Assembly: GCA_047242405.1 (NCBI GenBank)
Contig: JBKTKK010000001.1
Location: 1 to 47,246, forward strand
Direction of reading: 5' to 3'
Source: Lachnospiraceae bacterium
GTDB lineage: Bacteria > Bacillota > Clostridia > Lachnospirales > Lachnospiraceae
DNA: 47,246 nt
Numbering within the stretch: the first letter of the stretch is position 1; each line of letters starts with the position of its first letter. Below the pieces are notes generated by a model. The model worked only from the letters and a program-made list of their open reading frames with translations, did not search any database and was not told the DNA's origin. Below are positions 30,535-42,094 of this stretch, piece by piece. A program made the translations under genes and the position numbers.

Positions 30535-31494
30535 TTAACGTTTTCCTTTTTCGTATACTTCTCCCAAGGCTCTCGGTGCCATATTTTCTCCCGAGAAAAA
30601 GATTAATAATATTATTGTTACAGCATATGGTAAAATCATCGCTAAATCGGAAAAGCTACCCGGCATATTCAAAATCTGCACCAATTGAAATCCACCTGAG
30701 CGTGCGAATCCAAATAGTAAACATGCGAACAAAGTAGGAATCATCTTCCAGTTGCCAAAAATCATCGCAGCAATGGCAAGATATCCATAGCCTACATAGA
30801 TAGATGAAGAAAAACTAGCAGATATAGAATAAGCAAAGCAAATGCCACCTAAACCAGATAAGGCCCCCGAGACCATTACCGCTGCAAGTCGTACTTTTCC
30901 AACTTCTAGACCTGCAGCATCAACTGCATGTGGATTTTCCCCGCAACCTCTAAGATGCATTCCAAACCTTGTTTTATATAAAAGATACCATGCAACAATG
31001 GCAATGACAATAATGATTACTTCAAATGGGTAAATATTTCGGAACATGGCACCAATCACTGGTATTTCAGATAAACCGGGTATCGAAAAACGATTTGATA
31101 CCCCTAGTTGAAATTTTTCAGACGGTGCTTTAAATATTACCTTATTTATTTCTTTGGTCAGAAAAGAGGTCAATGCCATTGCTAATATATTGATAACAAT
31201 CCCACTTATGACCTGGTTCGCTTTTAAACGTATGCAAAGTAGTGCATGTACCAAAGCGTATACAAGACCACCTAGAGAGGCTGCAATCAATGCAATATAA
31301 AAGGGGGTTTTAGAATCTACTGGAAAATATCTTGCTACAATGACTGCAGCAAGTGCGCCAAAAAAAGCACCTACTCCTTGTAACCCTTCTAACGCTAAGT
31401 TTGTAATACCACTTTTTTCACTATAAATACCGCCTACTGCGATAATAAACAGTGGTAAGGCAAATGATAAACCATCTATAATTATTGTATCCAT
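30535..31494 (-). CDS. Nucleoside ABC transporter permease (NupC-like)
   Basis: SEKSGITNLALEG; GENP.A.DAAG; AAMIFGNW. Confidence 0.9.
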   Translation of the reverse strand: MDTIIIDGLSFALPLFIIAVGGIYSEKSGITNLALEGLQGVGAFFGALAAVIVARYFPVDSKTPFYIALIAASLGGLVYALVHALLCIRLKANQVISGIVINILAMALTSFLTKEINKVIFKAPSEKFQLGVSNRFSIPGLSEIPVIGAMFRNIYPFEVIIIVIAIVAWYLLYKTRFGMHLRGCGENPHAVDAAGLEVGKVRLAAVMVSGALSGLGGICFAYSISASFSSSIYVGYGYLAIAAMIFGNWKMIPTLFACLLFGFARSGGFQLVQILNMPGSFSDLAMILPYAVTIILLIFFSGENMAPRALGEVYEKGKR

Positions 31495-31496
31495 AC

Positions 31497-32639
31497 TTAC
31501 CTCCCTTTTTTATTATTTTGTTTTTTTCGCTTAGATTTTTCTAAAATATAATGAATAAAAGCGGAACAAGCACTAAATAACAAAATAATTCCAGTTATAA
31601 CAGATGTCATTTCAGGAAAAATGCCAGAGGCAGAACTCATATACGTGCTCCCTTTATTGATTACTGTGATTAACAACGAAGAGGCAAGTATCCCAAATGG
31701 GTGATTGGCACCTAACAACGATACCGCAATTGCATCAAACCCAGTTGTCGGTAAAACGCCTGGTTGTATAGAAGAAAAATACCCTAGATAATAAGTCACT
31801 CCAGCCAAACCAGCCAATGCGCCCGATATTATCATCGCCATTACCATACGATAACCTACCGCAATACCAGCATATTTTGCCGCCTTTCTTCCAGTACCAA
31901 TTGCTTTAATCTCAAAGCCTGCTTTCGTATATTTTATTAAAAACCAAATATAAAAAACGGCTATAATTGCAAGAATAATTCCATATGGAATATCCATCTT
32001 CAAATTCCCAATTAATTGATCACTTTTTGTTAACTTCGCAGCTGCCTGTACTGGATTGGACTGCCGAGATACAGGATTAACATAATAGGTATTGATAAAA
32101 AAACTAATTGTATATTGTGCAATGTAATTAAACATAATTGTGGATACAACTTCATTAATATTAAAGCGATATTTTAGCCAGCCTACAATTGCCCCCATCA
32201 ATCCGCCCACTATAATTGCAACTACAATAACAAGTGGCTTGGAAACAATTGCAGGTAATGAACTGTAACCAACGAAAATTGACGCTAGAAAACCCGCTGA
32301 TAACATCTGGCCAGATACTCCAATATTAAATAAGCCAGCTTTTAGAGCAATCGCTACGGATAAGGAGGCTAATATCATCGGGGTCCAGGCATTTAATAAA
32401 CTCATAAAGTCTGTCAACATGCTTTTATAGCCAGGATATTTGGGTTTTGGATATAGACCAGAACCTTGTAAAAGATTCAAATACGCTGTAAATGGATTCG
32501 TTCCCAGTAATGCAATAAATATTGCACAAATGAGTAAACTTAAAATAACTAAAAATAAAGGTACCGCCAAAGGCCCTAAGCTCCCCTGCTTCTTACGTTT
32601 TAGGATATCAGGTACCCTCTTATCTCTTATCTGCTTCAT
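31497..32639 (-). CDS. Nucleoside ABC transporter permease (NupB-like)
   Basis: GLFNIGVSGQ; NEVVSTIMFNY; GFDAIAVSLLG. Confidence 0.9.
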   Translation of the reverse strand: MKQIRDKRVPDILKRKKQGSLGPLAVPLFLVILSLLICAIFIALLGTNPFTAYLNLLQGSGLYPKPKYPGYKSMLTDFMSLLNAWTPMILASLSVAIALKAGLFNIGVSGQMLSAGFLASIFVGYSSLPAIVSKPLVIVVAIIVGGLMGAIVGWLKYRFNINEVVSTIMFNYIAQYTISFFINTYYVNPVSRQSNPVQAAAKLTKSDQLIGNLKMDIPYGIILAIIAVFYIWFLIKYTKAGFEIKAIGTGRKAAKYAGIAVGYRMVMAMIISGALAGLAGVTYYLGYFSSIQPGVLPTTGFDAIAVSLLGANHPFGILASSLLITVINKGSTYMSSASGIFPEMTSVITGIILLFSACSAFIHYILEKSKRKKQNNKKGR

Positions 32640-34167
32640 TTTCTTTCGCTCCCATCATATACTGGCCTATTTCGCTGGCTGTTAGGGTATGCGCTTCTGC
32701 AATGGTATTTATTGCACCATTGTATATAACAGCAATGGTATCTGCGCAGTTCATGACCTCATCCAATTCTAGAGAAATTAGCAAAATAGCTTTTCCATTA
32801 TCTCGCTCATGAATCATTTGCCTGTGTATATTTTCAATTGCTCCAACATCCAACCCTCTTGTCGGTTGAACAAAAATAATCAAGGAAGAAGGCATATCGA
32901 GTTCCCTTGCTATAATCGCTTTTTGCTGATTTCCACCACTCATTGACCGTACAACTGTTTTAGTCCCATTGGCACATCTTATATCGTATCTTTTTATAAG
33001 ATCCTTAGCCTTTTTTTCTATTTCCTCCCTATTTAAAATATCTTTATTTAAAATAGGTGGTGCTGTGTAACTTTTTAAAACTAAATTATTTTCGAGTGAA
33101 AAATTTAATATTAATCCTTCTTCTTGCCGATCTTCTGGAATATAGGAAATTCCAGCTTTAATTCTATTTTTAATAGATTCGGTCGTTATATCTTTTCCAT
33201 TCAATTTAATGGTTCCTTTTTTGACTGGCATCATCCCATAAATGGCATCTGCGATCTCAATCTGACCATTTCCAGCTACTCCAGCAATGGCTAAGATTTC
33301 TCCTTTACGAATCGAAAAAGATACGTCATTAACGACAGGAAAGTTTTCTTGATTAAATACCGTTAGCCCACTTACTTCTAATACATTTTCTCCAAATTTC
33401 GGTTTTTGTTTTTTTAATTCTAGCTCCACTTCTCGACCGACCATATGTCTAGCTAATTCATTTATAGGTGTCGTTTTCATGTCATAGATACCCGTTAACT
33501 TTCCACGGCACATAACTGCACACCGATCTGCTACCTTTTTTATTTCCTGTAATTTGTGCGTGATTAAAATAATCGTTTTTCCATCTGCTTTTAAATTTTC
33601 AATGATTTGAAGTAAAAAGTCTATTTCTTGTGGGGTAAGTACTGCTGTTGGTTCATCAAATATTAAAATTTCTGCATCCCGATAAAGCATTTTTAGAATT
33701 TCTACACGTTGCCTTACGGAAACGCTTACCTCGTCGATTCTCTTATCTGGATCTACTTCCAAACCGAATCTAGTGGATAACTCTTTTATTTGCTTAGATG
33801 CTACTTTCTTATCGACGTATGGCAAAAAACCAAGGAAATGTCCAATTGGTTCCTGTCCCATTACTATATTTTCTGCTATTGTATAATCTGGTACGAGCTT
33901 AAAGTGTTGATGTACCATTCCGATATTAAGTTTTGCTGCATGATTTGGTGAAGTAATCGTAACTTTTTTGCCTCGGATAAAAATTTCCCCAAAATCCGGT
34001 TCATACATTCCAAACAGTATACTCATAAGTGTTGATTTTCCTGCACCATTCTCTCCCAATAATGCAAATACTTCACCCTTTTTTATTCCCAATGTAACAT
34101 CATCATTCGCTATAATTCCTGGAAAACGTTTTATTATATGCTTCATTTCTACGATATAATCAGACAT
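32620..34167 (-). CDS. Nucleoside ABC transporter ATPase, duplicated NBD (NupA-like)
   Basis: GENGAGKST, DEPTAVL, SGGNQQK, QPTRGLDVG. Confidence 0.93.
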   Translation of the reverse strand: MSDYIVEMKHIIKRFPGIIANDDVTLGIKKGEVFALLGENGAGKSTLMSILFGMYEPDFGEIFIRGKKVTITSPNHAAKLNIGMVHQHFKLVPDYTIAENIVMGQEPIGHFLGFLPYVDKKVASKQIKELSTRFGLEVDPDKRIDEVSVSVRQRVEILKMLYRDAEILIFDEPTAVLTPQEIDFLLQIIENLKADGKTIILITHKLQEIKKVADRCAVMCRGKLTGIYDMKTTPINELARHMVGREVELELKKQKPKFGENVLEVSGLTVFNQENFPVVNDVSFSIRKGEILAIAGVAGNGQIEIADAIYGMMPVKKGTIKLNGKDITTESIKNRIKAGISYIPEDRQEEGLILNFSLENNLVLKSYTAPPILNKDILNREEIEKKAKDLIKRYDIRCANGTKTVVRSMSGGNQQKAIIARELDMPSSLIIFVQPTRGLDVGAIENIHRQMIHERDNGKAILLISLELDEVMNCADTIAVIYNGAINTIAEAHTLTASEIGQYMMGAKENEADKR

Positions 34168-34333
34168 AAGATTCACCTTTTTCTTTGTAATCTTCTAATA
34201 GCATAACCAATTCATAAAATTTTACCGTCAAAATACAATTTATTCTTGTTTCGCACCAATACTTCCAAAAAAACAGTGATACACAAGCATAAATAAATGC
34301 TTATATATCACTGCTTTTTAATAGATATTGGAT

Positions 34334-35533
34334 TTATAATCCCTTGAAATTACTTGGGGATTGTCCATCAATGGAGGAAGGCGGAATAACTTCTCCCGCT
34401 TTGACTAAGTCATATGCAGCGTCCAATTTTTCTATCGTATCATTGGATAATTGATTTCTACCTTCGGTTTTTACAAAACCAGTTGAGTCCGTATCCGCCT
34501 TACAGATAACATTCGCACCTTGGAAGGACCCATCTCTGATTTTTACTAATTGCTCATTAACATTTTTCCCCATTACCTTTAATGCGCTGGTTAATACAAT
34601 ATTGCTATTTCCATTTATTCCATCATCGTATTGATCCACATCACATCCTATAACTTTTATTCCAGTCGCTTCTTTTGCTGCAGTAAAAACACCATTGCCC
34701 GATCCACCAGCTGCTACAAATAAAATATCGCAACCAGCATCAATTAAGGCCTGGCCAACTACCTTTCCTTTTGCTTCGTCGCCAAAACTCCCTATATAGT
34801 TGCCTCCAACATTTTTCCCATTGCTATCGGTACCGGCATAGGATGGTAAGGATACTAGCTCTACATTTTTTTGATACTGTTTATTAACATAATTTACTCC
34901 AGATTCAAATCCATATTGATAATTTACGTTAGATGGAAAGGCAATACCGTTTACAACTGCTACTTTTCCTGTTTGTGTTTCCAATGCTGCTGCCATTCCT
35001 GCAAAAAAGCCACTTTCCTGTTCGGCGAATTTCATACCGTAAACATTTTCGCAAACAGCTTCATTTCCATCTGCACCCATAGGTGCCCCATCAACTAAAA
35101 TAAACTTTGTATCCGGATTGTCTTGTGCTAAAACTCCGATTCCTTCAAATTGATAACCACAGCAAACAAAAACATCATAATCTGCTACAACATCGGCAAC
35201 TGCCGAAACTGCAGCTTGGGGATCACCAGAAGATTCTTGAATCGGTGTAACCGTTGCATCCGGATTATCTTTTATAAAAGCTTGTAATCCGCTATAAATT
35301 TCCTGATTGAAACTACCATCATCAACACCAGTTGGACTGGTAACAATCGCTATTTTTAGTGCTTTTGTATTGGTATTGCTCTGTGATTGTTTCGATTCAT
35401 CCAAAGAGGACATACCTCCACTTTGACTGCTTGGGTTGTCATTATTTTTGTTATCATTACCTGAACAACCACTTAACAGCATAGTAGTGAGTAATAAAAT
35501 CCCCAAAACACGCTTCGTTACTCTTCGTTTCAT
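34334..35533 (-). CDS. BMP-family nucleoside-binding lipoprotein
   Basis: Lipobox LSGC; DDGSFNQ; AAGGSG; IGCDVDQ. Confidence 0.92.
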   Translation of the reverse strand: MKRRVTKRVLGILLLTTMLLSGCSGNDNKNNDNPSSQSGGMSSLDESKQSQSNTNTKALKIAIVTSPTGVDDGSFNQEIYSGLQAFIKDNPDATVTPIQESSGDPQAAVSAVADVVADYDVFVCCGYQFEGIGVLAQDNPDTKFILVDGAPMGADGNEAVCENVYGMKFAEQESGFFAGMAAALETQTGKVAVVNGIAFPSNVNYQYGFESGVNYVNKQYQKNVELVSLPSYAGTDSNGKNVGGNYIGSFGDEAKGKVVGQALIDAGCDILFVAAGGSGNGVFTAAKEATGIKVIGCDVDQYDDGINGNSNIVLTSALKVMGKNVNEQLVKIRDGSFQGANVICKADTDSTGFVKTEGRNQLSNDTIEKLDAAYDLVKAGEVIPPSSIDGQSPSNFKGL

Positions 35534-35668
35534 AACCTAACAAACCTGTTTCTGTTGTACCTTATAATATGCACAACAGCTCCTTTCCATTTCTTCTTGA
35601 AATTTCCTATTTTAGTATTTGTATCAAGCCTATATTTTATCCATTTACTTTTGAAAATTTTATGGTAC

Positions 35669-35703
35669 AAAAAAAGCGCCACTTAGCAAAAACGAAATGG
35701 CGC
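35669..35703 (-). terminator. Terminator after the sugar SBP gene
   Basis: Minus strand GCGCCAT..GTGGCGC followed by a T-run. Confidence 0.7.
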
Positions 35704-35739
35704 ATAAAATAGGAAAAATGTTAGCAAGGGAATTGCGGC

Positions 35740-37416
35740 TTACCTGGCTTTATAAGCATCATAACTTTCCTGCCATACCTCTTCTAAAACCGGTAATCCC
35801 AATAAATCCACCTGATCTAAATAAGTATCAAAAGATGAAAAAGGTTCTTCCCCTAACACATATTTTTGTCTCATAGTATTTATATAGTCAATCATTCCTT
35901 CTGTAGCTTCATTCACCTTATCATCCTGTTCTGGTGATAGCATGATTGGGTAAGGCATAGTTAAATCCTCCCCTTTTGACCATATGGTACAGGCATTAAT
36001 AAATGCGTCTGACTTTGTAGAAAGTATGAACTTACTATATTGTCCAAAAGATGGTAAAAACATAATTTGTGGATCGATATATAATTTTAGTCTTTGAATC
36101 TTTGTACCGTTATAATCAACTTCTTCAAACATCTCTTCTTTGATCTTCATCTCTCCATTAACTACTTCGTAACTTTCACCTTCAATACCCCAATTTAGCA
36201 ATTTGGATCCTTCTTCCGAATACAGATAATCAATTAGAAAAGCCGCCGCTTCGGGGTTTTTACAATTTGAGGTTATAACCGTTGTATCACGACTAAATGA
36301 GGCTAAACTAAAATAGTTGTAATGAGTACCGTCAGCCGTTTTCGGCCAAGGTGCCGCAACAAATTCAGCATTTGGAACCTTTTCCTTTAATTTGCTTAAG
36401 TACGAGTCATCTTCATTCAACTGTTCCGCTCGACCTTTCCACGCACCAGCCAGATTATTTATAACACGTTCTTCTTGTATTTCTAAAGAAGTCCCGTCAA
36501 ACATATTGTATATTAGCCCTTCACTATACCATTTATTCATTTCTTCTAGAAATCCCTTATAATACTCACTTCCCATACCATAAATAACCGTACCATCCTC
36601 TTGTACGGTAGCATCCTTTCCTATGCCATATGCACAAAGAAAGTATTTCCAACCGCTTGAGCCTAAGGATAGTGGTTCCTCATCTTGAATGCCATTGCCG
36701 TTAGGATCCTGTGTTTTAAAAGCCTTTAACACCTCATACCACTCGTCCATAGTCGTCGGTACATCTTTCCCCACTGCATCTAACCAGTCTTTGCGGATTA
36801 CCAATCCATCAACTGTTTGAGATACCCGATCTTCTTCATTTTCCAAATCAAATAGTCTACTAAAATAAGTATATTCACCACTATCTAGCTTTAAATCATT
36901 GGCCATTTGTGGGTGTTCTTCTAAGATATTTTTTAAGTTTGGCATATACTTATCAATTAATTCATCTAGCTGTATTGAGATTCCATCTTTAAACATGGCA
37001 GGCAACCGCCCTGGATATTTCATCATATTTTTCGCTGTTATAATATCCGGATACGTTGCAGATGTCATCATTGGAAGATAAGAGTCATAGTTTGTTATTA
37101 CTTCAAACTCTATATTAATATTAGTAGCCTCCTCAATTGCCTTAATTGACTCCATTTCATTCCACAATGTTTGTACATACTCTGGTTCTTTTTCTGCAAC
37201 AATATACCATTTTAGTGTAACATTTTCTGGCCATTTTTCTATTTCTGCAGATTGGGAACTTGAGGGAGCTTTACTTGTTGCTGTGTTTGCTTCTGTACTT
37301 TGCGTTTCACTGCTTGTTTTTGATGGCTGTGTATTTGATTTCTTGTTGCCACAGCCACCAAGCATTGATGCTACTGTTACCATAGATAGTAATAAGGAAA
37401 TAACCTTTTTGTTCAT
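35740..37416 (-). CDS. Extracellular solute-binding lipoprotein family 1 (LplA-like)
   Basis: Lipobox LGGC; IRKDWLD..VPTTMDEWYEVLKAFK..DPNGNG..DE; WGIEGE. Confidence 0.9.
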   Translation of the reverse strand: MNKKVISLLLSMVTVASMLGGCGNKKSNTQPSKTSSETQSTEANTATSKAPSSSQSAEIEKWPENVTLKWYIVAEKEPEYVQTLWNEMESIKAIEEATNINIEFEVITNYDSYLPMMTSATYPDIITAKNMMKYPGRLPAMFKDGISIQLDELIDKYMPNLKNILEEHPQMANDLKLDSGEYTYFSRLFDLENEEDRVSQTVDGLVIRKDWLDAVGKDVPTTMDEWYEVLKAFKTQDPNGNGIQDEEPLSLGSSGWKYFLCAYGIGKDATVQEDGTVIYGMGSEYYKGFLEEMNKWYSEGLIYNMFDGTSLEIQEERVINNLAGAWKGRAEQLNEDDSYLSKLKEKVPNAEFVAAPWPKTADGTHYNYFSLASFSRDTTVITSNCKNPEAAAFLIDYLYSEEGSKLLNWGIEGESYEVVNGEMKIKEEMFEEVDYNGTKIQRLKLYIDPQIMFLPSFGQYSKFILSTKSDAFINACTIWSKGEDLTMPYPIMLSPEQDDKVNEATEGMIDYINTMRQKYVLGEEPFSSFDTYLDQVDLLGLPVLEEVWQESYDAYKAR

Positions 37417-37651
37417 AAAAACCCTCCCACCTCTTTTTATTCATAACAACTACGCTTGCTATGAATAGTGTATCGGATTATTTGTAATTTATCTTGTATT
37501 ATAGCGCTAAGAACTTGTAATTTTGTTCAATTTTATTGAATTTATCGTTTTTAGTCACAAATAATTAAACATTTTATATAGTATCCTCCTATTTCACAAT
37601 AAGAAATCGTTATATTGTTCAGTTTCAAATAAAAAAGCCCTGACTATTATG

Positions 37652-38512
37652 TCAGGGCCTGTTTCTATATTCTCTTGGTGATACTCCGATATATTTTTTA
37701 AAAACTCGATTAAAATATGAACTGCTATTAAAACCATTCGTTAATGCTACATCAGTAATCGTATTGCTGCTTGCCCGCAAATCCATACAACTCTTGCTTA
37801 TTCGCAAAGAATCTAAATATTCAAAAACAGTACAAGACATAACCTCTCGAAAGCAGCAGGTTATACTAGTTTTACTCAATCCCGTATCCCTTGTTATCTG
37901 ATCCATCGTGACTCGCTCTGCATAATGTTTCGAAAGATATTCAAGTACTGGTCGAATCCTCTCGTACTTACCTAATTTTATTGGACCGTCCTTTTCAATG
38001 TTTCCCTTTCTTAAATCAAATCGATAAAGGTTCATCAATATATTAAGTAGACATGACTGGATCATAACAGGATAACCCGCATCCTTTTTCTTATACTCCT
38101 TTAACAGCTTTTGTAATTGTGTCTTCACTTCTCCATACTCGACTGTGTCTCTCTCATATAACTCTTTAAAATACACCTTCCTTTTATAAAACGGAATTAT
38201 ATGGCAATAATCATTTTGCCCTGTCCATAGAATCTTTGGATCAAATGTTATTACAAGAATTCTTATATCACTTGTTGTAGCAGCCTTATGATAAATCATA
38301 TTATGAAAAAGGTAAATATCCCCTTCGTTTATACCAACTTTCTCATCTTCAATGTAATAAGTTCCTGTCCCTCTTACTATATAATTAATTTCCCAACAAT
38401 CATGTCTGTGTAATTTACGTGAATCATCTTTCAGTAATTCATCCATGAAAAAAAGTCTAAATGCGAAATCTTTATCCATTGGCACCTGTTCAACAACATA
38501 CCCATTCTCCAT
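37652..38512 (-). CDS. AraC-family regulator with cupin domain
   Basis: HRHDCWEI; GFNSSSYFNRVFKKYIGVSPREYR. Confidence 0.92.
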   Translation of the reverse strand: MENGYVVEQVPMDKDFAFRLFFMDELLKDDSRKLHRHDCWEINYIVRGTGTYYIEDEKVGINEGDIYLFHNMIYHKAATTSDIRILVITFDPKILWTGQNDYCHIIPFYKRKVYFKELYERDTVEYGEVKTQLQKLLKEYKKKDAGYPVMIQSCLLNILMNLYRFDLRKGNIEKDGPIKLGKYERIRPVLEYLSKHYAERVTMDQITRDTGLSKTSITCCFREVMSCTVFEYLDSLRISKSCMDLRASSNTITDVALTNGFNSSSYFNRVFKKYIGVSPREYRNRP

Positions 38513-38532
38513 AAATCACCTCTAAGATTCTC

Positions 38533-40310
38533 CTATTCAATCATACTAAGTGATAAAATACCAAATTGCGATTCCCTTGTTTCAATGTCATCTTCCCTAC
38601 GATCAATGATTTCTCCCCATTTACCATTATCCTCTAATGTTTGGTAGGGTAAATTTTCTTTTGTCGTAAATAAAATTCGTTCCACCGACCATGCATTCTG
38701 GCTAAAAGCCCCCCTCTTTTCATAGCAACTTTTTCCATCCTCTATACAAATTTTAAAACAACTATTTATACAATCAATTGTCCATTGTATTTTATACTCC
38801 CTACCACAAACATAGGTAGCGATAGGATAGTTAACACCACTATTTTTAACATAAATTGATTGATCTGGATCAAAATAAATTGCAACTGGTACATTGCCAC
38901 AATGATTTTGTATCTCAATTGTAACCTTTGCGTGTTCTTCTATAGCAAATGGAATGCAAGTGATTTCCAACACAGCGTGCTGAGTTTCTGGAAAGATTCT
39001 CATAGCTCTTGCTCGATCAAAGGGGTCTTTGTCATAGAGCATTAGTAAGCGTCGTTTCCCATGATATTCTTCCACCCTTACCTTACATAAACGGGGCCCA
39101 TAAATATTCCAGTTTGGTATGTACGCACCTATTAAAAAATCATCAAATACTTCATTAAGCTTAGTACTCTCTGTTTCACTTAAATCCGCAGGAATTCTTG
39201 CTACCCATATGTCTTCTTTATTTACACTATAAGTAATCCATATGCCACCATCCTTTGGCTGCGGATTATATTCGCAAATACCTCTTACATATTGTGCACC
39301 TAAATTTTTATATAAACCAGGGTAACGACAAGGGCTTATCTCGGGCGTAATACAAAGCATGTTCTCATAATTTTCTCCATCTTCGCTAATATTTAATGCC
39401 AGCGGCCAACGATGTTGAGAGTCCTTACTTGGATTGTAAATTAAAACATATTTCTCTCCTGATGTTTTTTGAGCCCAAATTTTACCTGTTGATGTAACAA
39501 TTGAACTTTCATACACAATATCACTCCAGCTATGGCCTCCATCTAAACTAGATGTTACATATCCATTTTTATAAAATCCGTAAATCTTTCCCGATGGACA
39601 GGTATAATAGAAAAAGCTTCTCTTTCTTCACCCCCCTGAAAAATTGCTTCATAGCGTTGTTCTTCCCACCATTGTTTTATTACCAGTGGATGATTTAATA
39701 TTTCATTGCAATCCCCTATAAATTCTTCATCATTCGATTCTGTATAAATCGGAAAAGCCTTCGTATTTTCCCTAGTAAATCCAACCGCTTCATTAAAATA
39801 TATAAAATATATATTGGACCAAGTAAGATCTTCTTTTATTTCCCGTATCACTCTTCCGACCCCATAACCTTTATTCGGAGCAATATTCGGTTTCGGGCTA
39901 ATACCATAAAATCCCATTACGTACAAACGTTTATTGGCTGAAACATAAAACCCCATTCGTTGGTGCATGATACAAGGTGTTTCTTCCTCTCGCAAGTACT
40001 CTTTTCCTATTCCTTTATACAAATTCGATGGTACTTTGATTTCAGGGAAGACCTCTTGTGGATCCGCCCAATCATAACCATTTTTCGACCAAGTTAAAAA
40101 AGTCCTTGATGGCGGAACATGCTCACTTTGCTTATTCGATAGATATTCAATAAAAAATCGGCCTTTCCAACAAGCGATCATAGGAGCATGATTATAGGTA
40201 TATTGGCCATTGGCCCGATGAACTTGATAGCATAAAACTCCTTTTACATGCCGTAACGAACCATCTTGAAATCGGATATCTGCTTCCTTTTCTCGATTAT
40301 AATGTAGCAA
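38533..40310 (-). CDS. Sialidase-like beta-propeller glycoside hydrolase, frameshift near 39610
   Basis: YNHAPM, EHVPP, MHQRMGFY, Asp-box-like SLDGGHSW, RWPLA, QYVRG, YSVNKEDIW; TTG start after AAGGAGG. Confidence 0.6.
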
Positions 40311-40494
40311 GTATCCCCCTCCCTCCTTCTGTTTCAATTTGAAACTCTTTTTTTATTTGTGACCGATAAGCAAACGATATAAATTAAGTATAACATCTCC
40401 ACTTTTCCTAGTCCAGTAAAACGCCCTTTTAATTGTGTTTCATTATACAACAAAAGAGTTGTTGGATATCCAACAACTCCTTATACTCCTTTTA

Positions 40495-41319
40495 TTACTT
40501 ACCCATCTTTGTTATGGATGCTGTAACCAATTTCTTAAACATAGGCGCTACTTTATCGGCAGTTTCTTGCACCTCTTTATGACTTAGTGGCTCATCGGAC
40601 ATTCCGCATCCTAAATTTGATATACAAGATATACCGCAAATCTTCATTCCCATATGATTCGCCGCTATTGCCTCACACGCCGTACTCATTCCTACCGCAT
40701 CTGCCCCTAAAACACGACATCTTAACCCTCATGGGACATTCAAAGTTCGGGCCAGTTAATTGAATATAAACCCCTTTTTTAACGGTATGTTCTCTTCCAT
40801 TGCTGCATGTTCAATAATTTTTTGAAGATCCTTGTTATAAATTTCACTCATATCGCAAAATCTTGGACCTAATTCGTCCACATTAGGTCCAATTAAAGGA
40901 GATGGCACAAAATTTGCAATTTGATCTGTAATAAGCATAAAATCTCCAGCCTGAAACTCATAATTAACGCCACCCGCTGCATTAGTTAGAAATAAAATTT
41001 CAGCTCCTAATAATTTCATAAGGCGTACAGGAAGCACTACATCTTGCATGGAATACCCTTCATAAAAATGTACGCGTCCTTGCATAATTACAACAGGTAC
41101 TTGATTGACATAACCAAAAATAAATCTACCTTTATGCCCTGGTACAGTAGAAACCGGGAATCCTTCTATATCACTATAATTAATACTCGCTTCTACCTGA
41201 ATATCATTTGCATAATCCCCTAGACCAGACCCCAAAATCAATGCAACTTTTGGAGTAAAATCCACTTTCTTTTTTACATCATTGACACATCCCATTAACT
41301 TTTCGTACACCGCATTCAT
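40495..41319 (-). CDS. punA: Purine-nucleoside phosphorylase, indels at about 40720-40775
   Basis: ILGSGLG, STVPGH, GRVHFYEG, TNAAGG, GADAVGMST, LSHKEV. Confidence 0.92.
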
Positions 41320-41358
41320 AAATTTTACCTTCCTTTCAGATACTCCCCGTACCATTTG

Positions 41359-41988
41359 TTATAACTCTTTTATTGCATCAGGAAGTTCTCTAATATCATT
41401 AATATAGTTCGTACCCTCTGGAACCATTCCAAATCCATATTTGGCATGGATAAATGGAACCTTTGCCTTTTCACATGCCTTGTAGTCTCCCATCGTATCC
41501 CCTACGTAAACAGGTGCAGATAATCCATTCCGTTCTACTATAAGCTGAATATTTTCCGCCTTTGCCAATCCAGTGTTTCCCGAACACTCAAAGTCTTTAA
41601 AGTATATTGAAAAATGCGAACAGATAAAAAAGGATTCGATGTACCCCTTTTGACAATTGCTTACAATAAATAATTTATAATCTTTTGATACTTGTTTTAA
41701 AACATCTTCTAAGCCTTCAAAAATATCCGCTCCATTTTCGCATATATAACCACATTCTTCTTCGCAACATTTTTTTGCTATTTCCAAGGCTCTTTCAAAC
41801 GAAACTTCCGGAAGCAATTTTTTTGCTACATCCTCTATGACAAGACCCATAATTGATTTTAAATCTTCTATTGTCATTTTTTTTGTTACATCATTATATT
41901 TCTCAAGGGTTAAATTCCAAGACTTGCAAGTGCTTTCACAGGCATCCCAAAGAGTTCCATCTAAATCAAAAATAATGCTATCAATCAT
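41359..41988 (-). CDS. HAD-family hydrolase
   Basis: FDLDGTLWD; VSN; YVGDT.GD. Confidence 0.9.
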   Translation of the reverse strand: MIDSIIFDLDGTLWDACESTCKSWNLTLEKYNDVTKKMTIEDLKSIMGLVIEDVAKKLLPEVSFERALEIAKKCCEEECGYICENGADIFEGLEDVLKQVSKDYKLFIVSNCQKGYIESFFICSHFSIYFKDFECSGNTGLAKAENIQLIVERNGLSAPVYVGDTMGDYKACEKAKVPFIHAKYGFGMVPEGTNYINDIRELPDAIKEL

Positions 41989-42094
41989 ACCTACTCACCT
42001 TATTCTTTCCTATTTATTTTACTCTATTTACCATAAATCATGATGGAAATTTTTTCAAGCACAAAAAAAGAGTGTTGCTTTTATATAACAACAC

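Noticed and set aside
35534..35668. Purine riboswitch upstream of the bmp operon
   Set aside because: No aptamer core recognisable on the minus strand.
6103..41319. Frameshifts in rlmD, phosphoesterase, speA, pspA, DUF1836, DUF4349, glycosidase and punA as programmed recoding or genome decay
   Set aside because: They are small indels, several in or near homopolymers, in otherwise well-conserved genes. Sequencing or assembly error is the simplest explanation; read polishing would settle it.
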